Shown piece after piece: positions 39,001 through 50,730 of a stretch of DNA of 64,000 nt (the stretch's first letter is position 1; each line of letters begins with the position of its first letter). The notes beneath the pieces are model-generated. The model was not told the DNA's origin and did no database searches. It worked only from the letters and a program-made list of their open reading frames with translations. The translations under genes and the position numbers were made by a program. Source of the DNA: Paragordius varius (taxonomy: Eukaryota > Animalia > Nematomorpha); the NCBI GenBank assembly GCA_964247055.1, contig OZ176054.1:5208001-5272000 (forward strand). Direction: 5' to 3'.

Positions 39001-42000
39001 TAAATTTGGCCATTATTTGATATTTTGAATCAATCACATACCTCTTAGCGTGATAATTATTTTTTAGTAATATTATATATGGCACAACACTTTCAAAAAG
39101 CTAAAATATCCAAAAGTGCCAAATTTTTTGAAATAAAATCCTCCGTCAAAAAGGTCATCACGGAAACAAAATTATATTACATGTCCCAAAATATTTATAC
39201 TATACTGCTGTTATATTTAGTGGTCAGAAATCACAGTTTGACAACAAGAAGAAAACACAAAATATTATCGAACAAAACGCTTGTTTAAACTCTTTGCTAG
39301 ATCACAATTATGGAGACAATTTAATAGTTACTCCACCCTCTCGTATGACTCCCAATCTTGATAACAGGGTCATTAAAATTTTATTGCCTAAAAATGAGGT
39401 TTGAGTTGCGTATTTTAACATAAATTTATTAATTAAATATTGGTTAAGCGAAAAATGGTTAAAAATATTTCGCATTTTTTGATATAATATAATTGTATTT
39501 TTATAAAAAATGTTGAACATCTTAAAATTAGGAAATATATCACCCAAAAGTTATGGTTTGACAATATTATTATAGTTTAAAAGCGATTTATGTGTTTAGT
39601 ATTAATAATGGTTTCGAAAATGGTTAGTGTTTATTGATATAAGCTATGAGTCAAATTTTAAGGTATTACTTGATATATGCAGATATTAGCGAAATATTAT
39701 TTTATAGATTCAAAAAAGTTAAAAACCTTTTTAAATAATTAAGTCATTTTATTTTTAAGTATAATTCGATTCATAAATAGCTTAATATGCTTATAGAAAT
39801 AGCTCGCAAGTAAAAATATTTTTTCCCTAATATTTTGTTTTAATTAACTTTAGAAAGTAGCGATATCTTTAAACAACCCAATTGAACTTGAGGATCTTTT
39901 AATTATGGTATGTTCCAAGTGTCATTATAACCCTGCGGAATATTTTTTCAAATTTGGGAAAACGAATGGCGAACATTTTGTCATATCTGATTTAAGTACC
40001 CTTGTAAATGACATTGTAAGTATTACTAATAATGTATATGGAATCTAAACATCCAATAATAATTTTTATATATTATGAGAAAACGGCAAATTTTATATCA
40101 AATATTTATATGTATTTACACTGATAGATTTTTGATACCGTTGAATTAACTGCCAAAAGTGTTTTTCCAGTAGAATTGAAACGATCCGATTCAACCCAAA
40201 AATTTGGATTCAGTATACAAGCAGAAATTTGTTCTAAAATTCATCGTCCCGATGATTTAGTTGTGTACATTGCCGAAGTCAACTCTAGTGGTATGGGTTA
40301 CAGAAAAGGTCATTCATTCATTGTTGTAAAATTTCAAGTTTTATATTACAGTAATTTTTATATTTAAACATTTAAAAAAAATGTAAAAACAATGAAAAAT
40401 CCATATATATCGGTTTCAGCAATACTTGTTAACATAGTTGTTAAACGATCAAACAGATATTTCTGGTTTAATTAGACCAAATATGTTTTGAAAGTGTCTT
40501 ATACTTAAATCAGGCTGATTTTACCTTTTTAAACTGGTTTAGAGAACTTGAAAATTTTCAACGAATCTCTGAAAAAAACTACTATTTTGTATTAGCTAAT
40601 TTTTAAAATATAAATGATGGCAATTACACTACAAGTTTTATTAATGTAACTACGTTTTCAACATATTGCAAAAGGTGGGTTTTTTAATAACATCGATGGC
40701 TTTAAAAAAATAAAAATCAAGGCAGAACTTATCATTAATGTGTGGCTACAATATGTTAGGCTATTTACAAGCGTATAAATATTGAAAATACGTGCATATC
40801 CCTATTAGATAATATAATTAGAACATAATGTTAAATATAATCTTGATGATATTGTAATGGTAATTAACGGATTGGTTATGTTTTGTAATAACAGTTGTTA
40901 AAATCCGTAATATAAGTCGTACTGATGAGTGCTAACAAGCACGAAACTAGTCTGCGATTACTATTGACGAAGGGTTCCACATATCGTTTATAATTTCTAT
41001 TTATAATTTTAATTATATTTAATTATCCTTTATCGTTATATTACGGATTTTAACAACTGTTATAATCTTGATGATATATTTAATCGTTGTATGATTCATT
41101 TTATGTTTCAGCTCCTTATTTACTTTTATGGACCATTTTTATAATTGATACTTTAGGGCTGTCTTGTGGTGATGAAATAATTTCCATCAACAAAAAAGGT
41201 GTTCATGATTTAGATATGATGTATGTAGAGGCAGTTTTGCAACAATGTTCTCATGTAACACTACTTGTTCGCTCAAGCCAAATTGAACCACCCCGAAGAC
41301 ATCAGGTGCTTGAAACAAAAGTGCAAAAAGAAAAATTATTGACCGACCTGAAAGAAAGGTTATCGGAAAAATCAAAGCTTAAAACATTATCTATGGTAAC
41401 TAGCAGTACAAATAGTTTTATTTCAACAGATGATTCATCTATCCTCTCCAATCCCAAGTATGAAAAGCAGGTCTCCTCCTCCATTTCCAATCCAAATACT
41501 GGAAAAATGAAACTGAAAGAGTCAACATCTATATCATTGACAGAAAAAAGTAAACTTTGAGTAAAACATTAAAACATAAACACACACCGTATATATTCTT
41601 GATTTTTTGTAAGTAATTGCAAAGATTGAAATAGAGGTGTAAATTGGCAGTTCAGGTTTAAAAAACATGGCTATCGTTTGAAGAAAAATATTTGTCTTTA
41701 TGTTTTTTAACATGTTATCTGCAAAATTTTTACTATATAAGTCCTATTTTGGTTGGGTTTTAAAGCGTGTTTTAATACAGCCAAAATAATAGGGAATCAA
41801 TTGAAAAAGGGCCAACCTATCTCTGTTCAATCCCACATACAAGTGTTAGAGAAATTTGATAAATTTTTGGATGAAACGGTCAAAAATGAAAGGAGTTATA
41901 GGACAAACCTCGTTTTCCTATATGAAAATTATATCTTGCCAACTACTATAGAAACTATTCCATTTAAAACCAATAGTAGATTGAAGATAAACAACCTTAA

Positions 42001-45000
42001 CAAAACATTTTATGATTTGATTCATTTTCAACGTATATTTTGTGACGAATTACATGGAATCGTGAATGAAAACTCTGAGGTAATGTTATAACTGATAATT
42101 TTTTCGTAGAATACTTAGTAAATAATCATTAATTCTTTATCGAATTATTAAAATGATATTTTTAAACTTCATGCTTCTTGATAAGCTTGAGGCTCTAATA
42201 ATATGGTAAATTCTTAATCGAATGAATGTATGAATACCTAAAAGTGTTTATCAGTTAATATTAGGATTAAGGATTCGATATCATAATTATTAATATCTTT
42301 GAAAACTCGATTTTAACCGTCGGTTTTTATTATTGAGCGGTTGAAAATATAGCAAATTTTAAATTGTTTCCTTCGATCAGCGCACCCAAATTAATTTATT
42401 TACAAATCCCCTTTTTTATACTATGTGTTGGACGGAAAGGGAAACATTTAAAAATTTAACTCTGCCTTGTTTTTATAAAAGGTAGGGGTTTGTTTTAGTG
42501 AAAGAAAGAGATATATTTTGCACTTTCTTGCATTGAATTTGGTTTTATATTTTAAGGTTATAATAATCATATTTAAGTATAACAAACATCTTACACTAAA
42601 AATTAATTAATGCGACAATTTAATTTACTGCATAGAGAAATTAAAAATAACTTAACTCAAAAACAAGTGTTGTTAAGAATTAGGAATTTCTATATATTAA
42701 CAAAAAAAATTAAGTAATTGAACCGAATGTTACTATAGCAAAATATTTTGATGCTTTAAACAAAAGATACCCTTATTAAATTAAATTATATAATATTATC
42801 TTTCGCAACCTTATATTTATTTATGACATAGCCTAAAACCAAAATCAAATTGTTAGAAGAATTATTTGTATGCCACTCCACTAACTTTAAGTTATATAGT
42901 AATCTATATACCGATTATCATAAAGCCCATAAATATGTTAAACATCAAAAAATGTCTGATTTGGGGAATAAAAGCAACACAACAATAGCTAATAGTGCTA
43001 CATCTATGGCTCATAGAAAAATGTATATGGATCATTTTTTAGCCCAAATATTTGATCACGTGGCACAATACGAATTGTTTTTGGATAAACTTATAGAGTT
43101 TTACAAATATTTTTTACGCCTGGAACAGGAAAAACAACAACATTCCCAATCATATAAAAGTCTAGATGACAACTCCAACGATCAAGCATACCTCCTTAAT
43201 TCATTACAAAAATTATTGTATGTTAAGAATACGCTTCATCTTATTCTAGAGCATATATACGGTATGGAACGGATCCAAAATGAATTTGGTAATGTTTTTA
43301 CCAAATTGATGGAAGACACGAAACACATGATGTTTATAGTTGAATCGAAACAGCAACAAGGAGGAATAGCTAACAAGATAACACGCAAAATATCGGATCA
43401 TACCATTTTACATTCCCCAAACGATGAAAATCTAAAAGATCCGAATATAGAAAGTTTATCATGTGATCTCTCTATCGGTGATTTATTATTATGTGATCAT
43501 GTGGATTGGTTTAATTTCTCAAACAAATGTGTTGTTGTTTCAACACTCAATGAGGACCAAGATAAACATTTCAACAACAATAACATAACGATACTCCCTT
43601 GCATTCTTTTCATCTTTAAAACTGCCATCGTTCTGTTTGGGATAGATCCGAATAAGTTTAAAGAAACCAAACAGGTATAGTTAATGTATGTATATTTTTG
43701 TGCCATTGAAATATTAATTTCATATAAATTCGAATGTTTTTATAATACGAAATTCTCCAATTAATACAGTGTGTTAGGTATTTGGGGCAAAAATTAATTT
43801 GGCCAACTCAAATATATGGCTAATAAAATTTCATAGTTTTCATCATTTTTCCCAAAGTAAAATATTTTTGGGCTTAATATATTTTTGCATTTATATACAT
43901 ACAAAATTTACAATTTTACAAATAAGGCCTGACTAAAAAACTATTTAAAATAATACGTAAATGTTAATTTTTAATATCAAGAATTTTTTTTTAATCCATG
44001 TGGCATTTTTTTATCCTTTTAAAAGTTGTTTTACAAGCATATAAAAAATAACACTTACATATATATTTAAATGTACTTACATGTCCCTTTTCGGTACACA
44101 TATATGAGAGATATATTAACATTGCAATATGTTCCCCTTTTCGCTACATATCTCATTATAGAAATGGTAACATTGCATATGTGTTTTGCCTACTTTGATA
44201 AATATTTAGGTTTGATATAACATTTTTTATAAAATTAGGTATTAATCAGTATGTTATGTGTTGTGCATACTTTGATTTTTAATTTATAAGTTTATATATT
44301 TTTTTTATAAAAAATATTAAGTTTTTATTATTTTTTCAAAAAGAAATTTAGAATAAATGTATAGTTTTTGTGAAGAAGATAGTATAAATGAAAGTTTGCC
44401 ATCAACATTAGATTCAAATTATGGGGACACATTAATAACCCAGACTCAAGAGATCAAAAAAAGTCAGGAAAGATGCCATTTCAATGTGGAAGAATTGATT
44501 AAAAACTTAACTCAAATTCTTGAAAATATTCAGCACATTCATTTTCTTAGGTATTATGAGCACACCAAAAAAATTGTCAAAAATATTTGCTTAAATAAAT
44601 TACCACTTGTAAAATAATTAATTATAAATGGTATTATTTTACCATTTTTCGTGACATTTCTCATTCAGTTTAAATAATTTTAGGTGATATAGTGTTTTCA
44701 AAAAAAGTCAGCAAAATCAAATCAATATTTAAATTTGTATAATACAAGTTTTATTACGCACATAAGCGATTTATATGTTAATTTCAAATATATTTTTTTA
44801 TAGTCTTTTCTGAAATATTTTTTAATTAATTATTAAAAACTTAATTTTAAAAAAAATTATATACAAAACCTAAAAAATTATTTAATGAAGTAGGCACAAC
44901 ACATATGCAATGTTACCATTTCTATAATGAGATATGTAGCGAAAAGGGGAACATATTGCAATGTTAATATATCTCTCATATATGTGTACCGAAAAGGGAC

Positions 45001-46895
45001 ATGTAAGTACATTTAAATATATATGTAAGTGTTATTTTTTATATGCTTGTAAAACAACTTTTAAAAGGATAAAAAAATGCCACATGGATTAAAAAAAAAT
45101 TCTTGATATTAAAAATTAACATTTACTGTAATTAACCTTTTTCATATGCATAATAAATCTAATTGAATTTGACATTCTAAACATTTTTTTACCTCTAATT
45201 TAATATTGTCCTCGGTTCATAACCATACTAATCCTCTGCTACATAATTATATGGAATTTTAACAAAATTTTAACTTATGAATAGTAGCGATTATTGTGAT
45301 TGTATTTATCAATCGTACAAACTTTATTCATTAAATTATATTCAGGGAGGTTCATTATTATCAAATAATTCAAAACATGCGTACTAATTTAATCATTGCT
45401 CCGAAAAATATGGAATCGCAAATAATCACTAATGTAATAAATTTAAGAATTCAATTATAATTAATCGAAAAAAAACCATTAATAACTGTTGGTGGATTAT
45501 TTTTTCAGCAAGTTACCTTTAACATGCTTATGAGAGAATGACTTATTATTTATAACATTAATAAAACGAAAGCGACGTTGTACGGCTATTGATATTTATT
45601 ATCAATTTTACTGTGTAAGCATGTTTTTTTGTTGGTTGGTAAACTATAAATTTAAACCAAAGCTCAAGTATCATTAATTTACTAGTAAGATTTTAGAATG
45701 AAAGATATTTGGAATATATCTAATAAAATTTGATATGAATAAAATCATAGCCCTAGGTAGAATCGGAAAATGTCTGACTGTTAAACCATATATTTTTTTG
45801 GTTTTCTAAATTTGGAAGATATTTTTACTGAACAAAGTATGTGGTTTTTAATTTACATACAGTATAAATGAGTAATAATTGTTATATATTTATTAGCAGG
45901 AAGCATATAAAGCAAAGGGAAAAAATATTGGCCCATAGTTTTTTTTCGCTTACTACTATTAACCAATAATGAGGCACGTTCTTTGCTGTATATGCTATCC
46001 GGCTAAATTTAATAAAAAAAACTAACAATTACTAACAATGTAATTTATCACTATATAATTTGGTATATAGTTCAATCAATATAAAAAAGTTTCGTTGCCA
46101 GAAGAATGCATCACTCATAAAATCCTTATACCTGCCAAAAATATCATAAAAATTACTCCCTTATTTACCAATTACAATAATTTATATCTTTGGGACTTGA
46201 TCTATTTCGATACTTTCATCAAGGGTGGTGCAGCGACTCCGCAACTTTTCTGTGACTTGAGACTATCAACCAGGTAAATATTTAAAAATAGAATTAGTAT
46301 TATGTATTGTGATTGGTTAAAAATTCAAATATAAGTTCCTTCAACTGTATTTTATATATTTTTTACCAAATTTTCATGTTCTAAATATGTTTGCAGGTCC
46401 CATCAATTACGAGAGAGATTCATTGATACCATTTTGCAAATAAAAAATCGCACACTTTCATCATCAACATCTAAAAGTTGTGAAGATATCTCAAAATTGG
46501 TTAAAGCTCTTTCAGCACCACCATTACATCATATGAATAATAGCTTTAATGAACAAACAACAATGCTAAATTTGAATATGGTCTCTAAACTACAACAACC
46601 TTCGTTTACATCAACCAATATTTATTTGAATGAGAAAATAATCGATACAAATGATAAAATATCGGTAGATTTATGTGTGGATGAAAGCTCTACCAACTTT
46701 TCCAATGTTGCTAAAGTTTGGGAAATGACACATATAAGCAATTCTATTGGCAACAAGAAGAATGAAGAGACTTATAATACAACACTTTCTTATTCAACCA
46801 TATCAGTCCTTTCTATAATTCCACCTCGGTCTACTTCACAAGATGTAGTGTATGAGACAAATTGTTTATCGTCACAAGCGCCGACAACAACCTAA
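30061..46895 (+). CDS. sif: Still life (SIF type 1)/Tiam-family protein: EVH1-PH-CC/Ex-RBD-PDZ-DH-PH; about 18 exons; start codon tentative
   Basis: EVH1: VWAEVFKV...KWEIISDGLV (30403-), DCFVYWKD...VWGLNF (31840-31961). PH: RSWKRYWVCLKGPTLLFY, MENWISALHISCA. CC/Ex: WEQRIEE...LPNPK, KNALAKMG...VSTFHAY. RBD at ~39855-40015. PDZ: FGFSIQAE, GDEII...DLDMMYVEAVLQ. DH at 41781-43310. Second PH: FIFKTAIV, HKILIP, LWDLI. The last exon is 46397-46895. Some exon boundaries in the linker regions are approximate. Confidence 0.88.
36716..37130 (-). mobile_element. 5'-truncated RTE/BovB-like LINE 3' fragment in a sif intron
   Basis: LYAETWTIKK...INAFEMWCWRKILRITW...LSYFGHITR...GKVEGSRKRGRCKMRW. It is related to, but diverged from, the 19.9-22.8 kb copy. 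Confidence 0.88.
37431..38119. mobile_element. Possible old MITE with short TIRs
   Basis: GGGTTGTGCATTTGAC at the left end, GTCGGCACAACTT at the right end, and internal TGACC(G/A)TGGTCA palindromes near both ends. No TSD seen. Confidence 0.4.
40853..41060 (+). mobile_element. 208-bp Penelope-like/retrozyme-type non-autonomous retroelement with a 17-bp TSD
   Basis: TSD TATAATCTTGATGATAT at 40836-40852 and 41061-41077. A perfect 27-bp inverted repeat (40889-40915 / 41037-41063) and a hammerhead core are present. Confidence 0.82.
40914..40959 (+). ncRNA. Minimal type I hammerhead ribozyme
   Basis: AGTCGTA-CTGATGA-GTGCT(AACA)AGCAC-GAAAC-TA-GTC-TGCGATT. The core CUGAUGA/GAAA, a 5-bp stem II, a 7-bp stem I (two G-U pairs) and a palindromic minimal stem III (ACUAGU) are all present. 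The predicted cleavage site is after GUC at 40952. Confidence 0.85.
43956..45128. mobile_element. Tc1/pogo-like non-autonomous element (1173 bp) with ~235-bp near-perfect TIRs, in a sif intron
   Basis: About 43957-44192 is the reverse complement of about 44889-45126, with very few mismatches. The right end reads ATTTACTG|TA and the left TA|C-GTAAAT (one base lost). An internal 86-codon ORF lies at 44357-44617. Confidence 0.8.
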
Positions 46896-49739
46896 CAACT
46901 ATTAAACAACCGAATTGATTTTTTAAGCCATTCCTTTACCTAAAATATTTTGTCAAATTTCAGAGTATTTTTTGAAGTAACATGATTCACCACGAATAAA
47001 AATTAGTAATAAACCGTAAAATAAATAAGAGTGATTCCATGATGAATTATTAATTTCCATGTTTATTTTTTAAAATTTGGGCATGGGAATGAATAAAATT
47101 TTAGCATAAAAAGATTTTCGTTTCATGTTTACCAAGTCATAAATTGGTATATCGCTTTGTAATATAAAAAATAATCTTAAACGATTGCTAAAATGGACTT
47201 TGTAATATGTATCGAATTCGTATTATCATTAGTGATTATATAGAGGTCCGATCATAAGGATCAAAGCTAATAAATAGCCTAACCCCATTAACTAGACATG
47301 AAAAGTATTGTTAGAAAATATATTCTCTACACTTTTACCAGTGTTAATAATAGCGAAAGCCTATATAATTTTTTAAATTTTATGCAAAAATTTGTGGGTC
47401 ATTGGTTATATGAAAAAATTGGCGCAAAAAATTCGGTAAAAACTATAATAAAGTGCATATTTTATATAATGGAAAAATATTTTTAAGATATCTTTTCGTT
47501 CATACCAATGGTATTAATTTAGAAAAAAATTGGTTCTCTTTTATTATTTATGAGTGAATATAACGTCAATTTTTATAAAATTCATGTATATATGTTAGCT
47601 ATACTTTACAAAATAAGATAAAAAAATTAAAAATAACGTAATTCTTATTATTTTTCCATGAATGCCTGCACGGCTAAAATTTTGACAAGCTTGATGGTTT
47701 AAACTATGTGTACACCATATTTTACTTATAATTATAATACTGATTTTAGCGTATTTCAGTTGCCAAATATGCATAGTAATAAACACCGATTTCACTTAAA
47801 CATTTAATTAAAGTTATAAAAAGGTTCAAAATTTTAATTATTTATCAACGGCTAATCAACTATAGTTCGATTGCTCCTCGCTACTAATTATATCCATACA
47901 TAGACTGGGACTATTTCTGCCATAAGTCTAGATAAATAAAAGTAAAATAACTATCTGATTTAATTAGAAGAGACGAAAGGCTAATATAAATATGGATGCA
48001 TAAAATATTTTAAGAAAAAATTCATAATTAATTTATATATAAACTTTAAAAATTATAAAAGAGTTTTCACCTTAATGGGGTTGTTTATCAGTTTGATTAA
48101 TGGATTTCTTTCCCAATGAAGTCATATCATAGATTTGTAATTTAAAATTGTATGGATTAGAAAAATAACGATTTTAACATTAATTGATGTGAAAACAATG
48201 TTTTTACTTAAAATATTTATTAATTTTTTGTTTATCTATTTTAACTTTTACTTTTATAATATAATATTAGATATAAAGAGTAATCCGAAAGCCATAAAAA
48301 AGCACCTATTTTTTGAAATATTGCAATTAAAATTACACTGTGTGACATTATTAGGGGTGAAATTTATGGAATTTCATAAGTTCGAGTATGATTTGATGTC
48401 ATTATCAAAAAATATGCAATTTTAAGATGATGGTTTTGATAATTTTAAATGGTCCTAAAAAATGTTTTAGCAATTTTATTAAACACTTTTCTCCTTGTGA
48501 TTGACGCAAAGCACGGTTGCGTGATTAAAAATAAAAATATAGGCTAAATTTACATTACTTTGCTTAAAAAACGCCTTATTATATTGCATAAGTTGTGTAA
48601 AACATGTCTGATTATTTATTAAAAACTTTTGTAAATATTTGATGGGCCGATATCAAGAAATTTAAAAAAAGTCAATTTAAGACATTTCGCATTAAAGTGG
48701 GTTAAAGCAAGGATTCCTTATTTTGTATTCAGATCCTTTAAACCATAAATAATGTTCCCGTTTTTTATAACATCTATTATAAAATGATTCTCCGAATATG
48801 TTGTAATGCAAAATACTTTAATTTTAAATAGATTTGATTAGTTTTATATGTTAACAGATATGAAAATATACAGTTTAGAATCTCTTTTTTCCTGTTTCAT
48901 TAAAGGGGAAGGATTTAAGCTTTATCCGGACTAAGGCCTTAACACTCTCCTGTCTTGGGCTGACAGTGATAGAAAAATTGCGTAATTTCGGGGTTTGAAC
49001 TATAGTACGCATTGTAAAAGTCCGGCACCCTACCTACTATATTAAAACTGAATATTAATAAAATGTTTTTTTTACAAAAGACATTGACCAGATTTTAAAA
49101 TGGGTGTTAAATTAATAAAAGTGTAATAAGCAGCTAGATCTTGGTTTATGATAACCTCAGCTCAATATATCGTCGCTGTTTTTCAAGAAACAATATAATT
49201 TCAACAACTTCAAAGCCTAAAAATTGATGAAATGCTAAAAAATATTTTTATTCAGATTAGCAATAGCCCACTCAAAAGGATATTTGTATGTTTTCTATCG
49301 TACAAATGTCTCAAACTACTGCAGAAGGAAATCTTTTTAAAAAACCATTTTTAGCGTTTGAGTTTATATGTATGGTTGAATTTATTTCTTAAAATGCCAG
49401 TAAATTTTGAAGTTTTTAACAAGTTTTCAATTGCTTAATTGCAACTATTACCGAAATATAATTTTTGATCATTTTTGATCATTTCTGATTAATAAATGCG
49501 ATTAATTTTTTATAAATTCTATTAAAAATTTAACCAGATACCATAATACTCTTTAATGAAATTATTAATATACAAGTAAGATGTAAAGTTTAAACAAATT
49601 GATTCTAATTACAATCAATTTATTACATAAAATTTTCATTCCAAAATAAATACTTTAACCACTCATCAAAATATGTTTAATAATTTTTGGGATGTTTTGG
49701 CAAGAATCCAGTGCTAAAGCGGAATAATGGTAATTTTAA

Positions 49740-50470
49740 TTTAATATCTTTTTTTAGAATATAATAATATCGATAATGTATTGGATTGAATCATCTTTAG
49801 CATAAAATTTGAATCATAAAACATATTAATATGCGGTAAAAGATTTTAATTTTTTTAAAAAAATTATATATTAACTCTATATATAGAGATTACCCAATAT
49901 ATCGCTTTCAAAAAAATTATGCATCATTTAAAAAAAGAATTGTTTGATAATTTGCAGCAAAGCGGACCCTGTGATTAGATTTTTACAAAACATCCAATAT
50001 ATATATATACAATTTTTTCCATACAATTCGATGCAGAAAATATGATCTATCATCTTATATTTTTGATTAAGGGATTTTTTTGCTCGAATATTTGATTATA
50101 TATTTTTTGGTGCCGTTTTGTCTTTTAATACCGGTGCTTTGGGGCATAAAAATGCCCTAAATCAAAAATCTGAGATAATAGATCCTTTTTTTGCATTAAA
50201 TTGTATGGAAAAATTATTTATATTTATTGGATGTTGTGTAAAAATTTTAGACAGCTTCCGCTTTGGTGCAAATTATCGAAAAAGGCTTAAATTGTTTTGA
50301 ATGCGATATATTGGGGAATCTCTATATATAGTGTTAATATATGATTGTTTTCGTAAAAATTAAAATCTTTTACCGCATATTAACAAGTTTTTATGATTCA
50401 AATTTGATGCCAAAGTGCCATTTTTAGCTAATATTTTATATTTCTGGAACCATGTGAAAAAAATTAAAAT
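49740..50470. repeat. Large imperfect palindrome (old foldback/MITE-like element)
   Basis: Arms pair across ~49800-50070 and ~50150-50410, e.g. GAATCATAAAA...TTAATATGCGGTAAAAGATTTTAATT versus AATTAAAATCTTTTACCGCATATTAA...TTTTATGATTC. The ends are approximate. Confidence 0.7.
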
Positions 50471-50730
50471 CTTTGTTGATAATATTTTGCTTTTTTTAGA
50501 ATTATTCTTATGCTATATTGACACAAATAAACTATAATTGACTTTTTGATTTTGGCTAATAACAAAAGATATTTAAATAACTTTATTCTAGTATTTTTAA
50601 CAGCATATATTATTCAATATTCATTATCCTGAAGCTTTTAGCTATCTAATGAGGTATGATTCATTGGCATTTATTTTTTTCTGCGCACCGTGTAAGAAAC
50701 GAGAGTGCATTATAAAACCAATTTAGTTCA

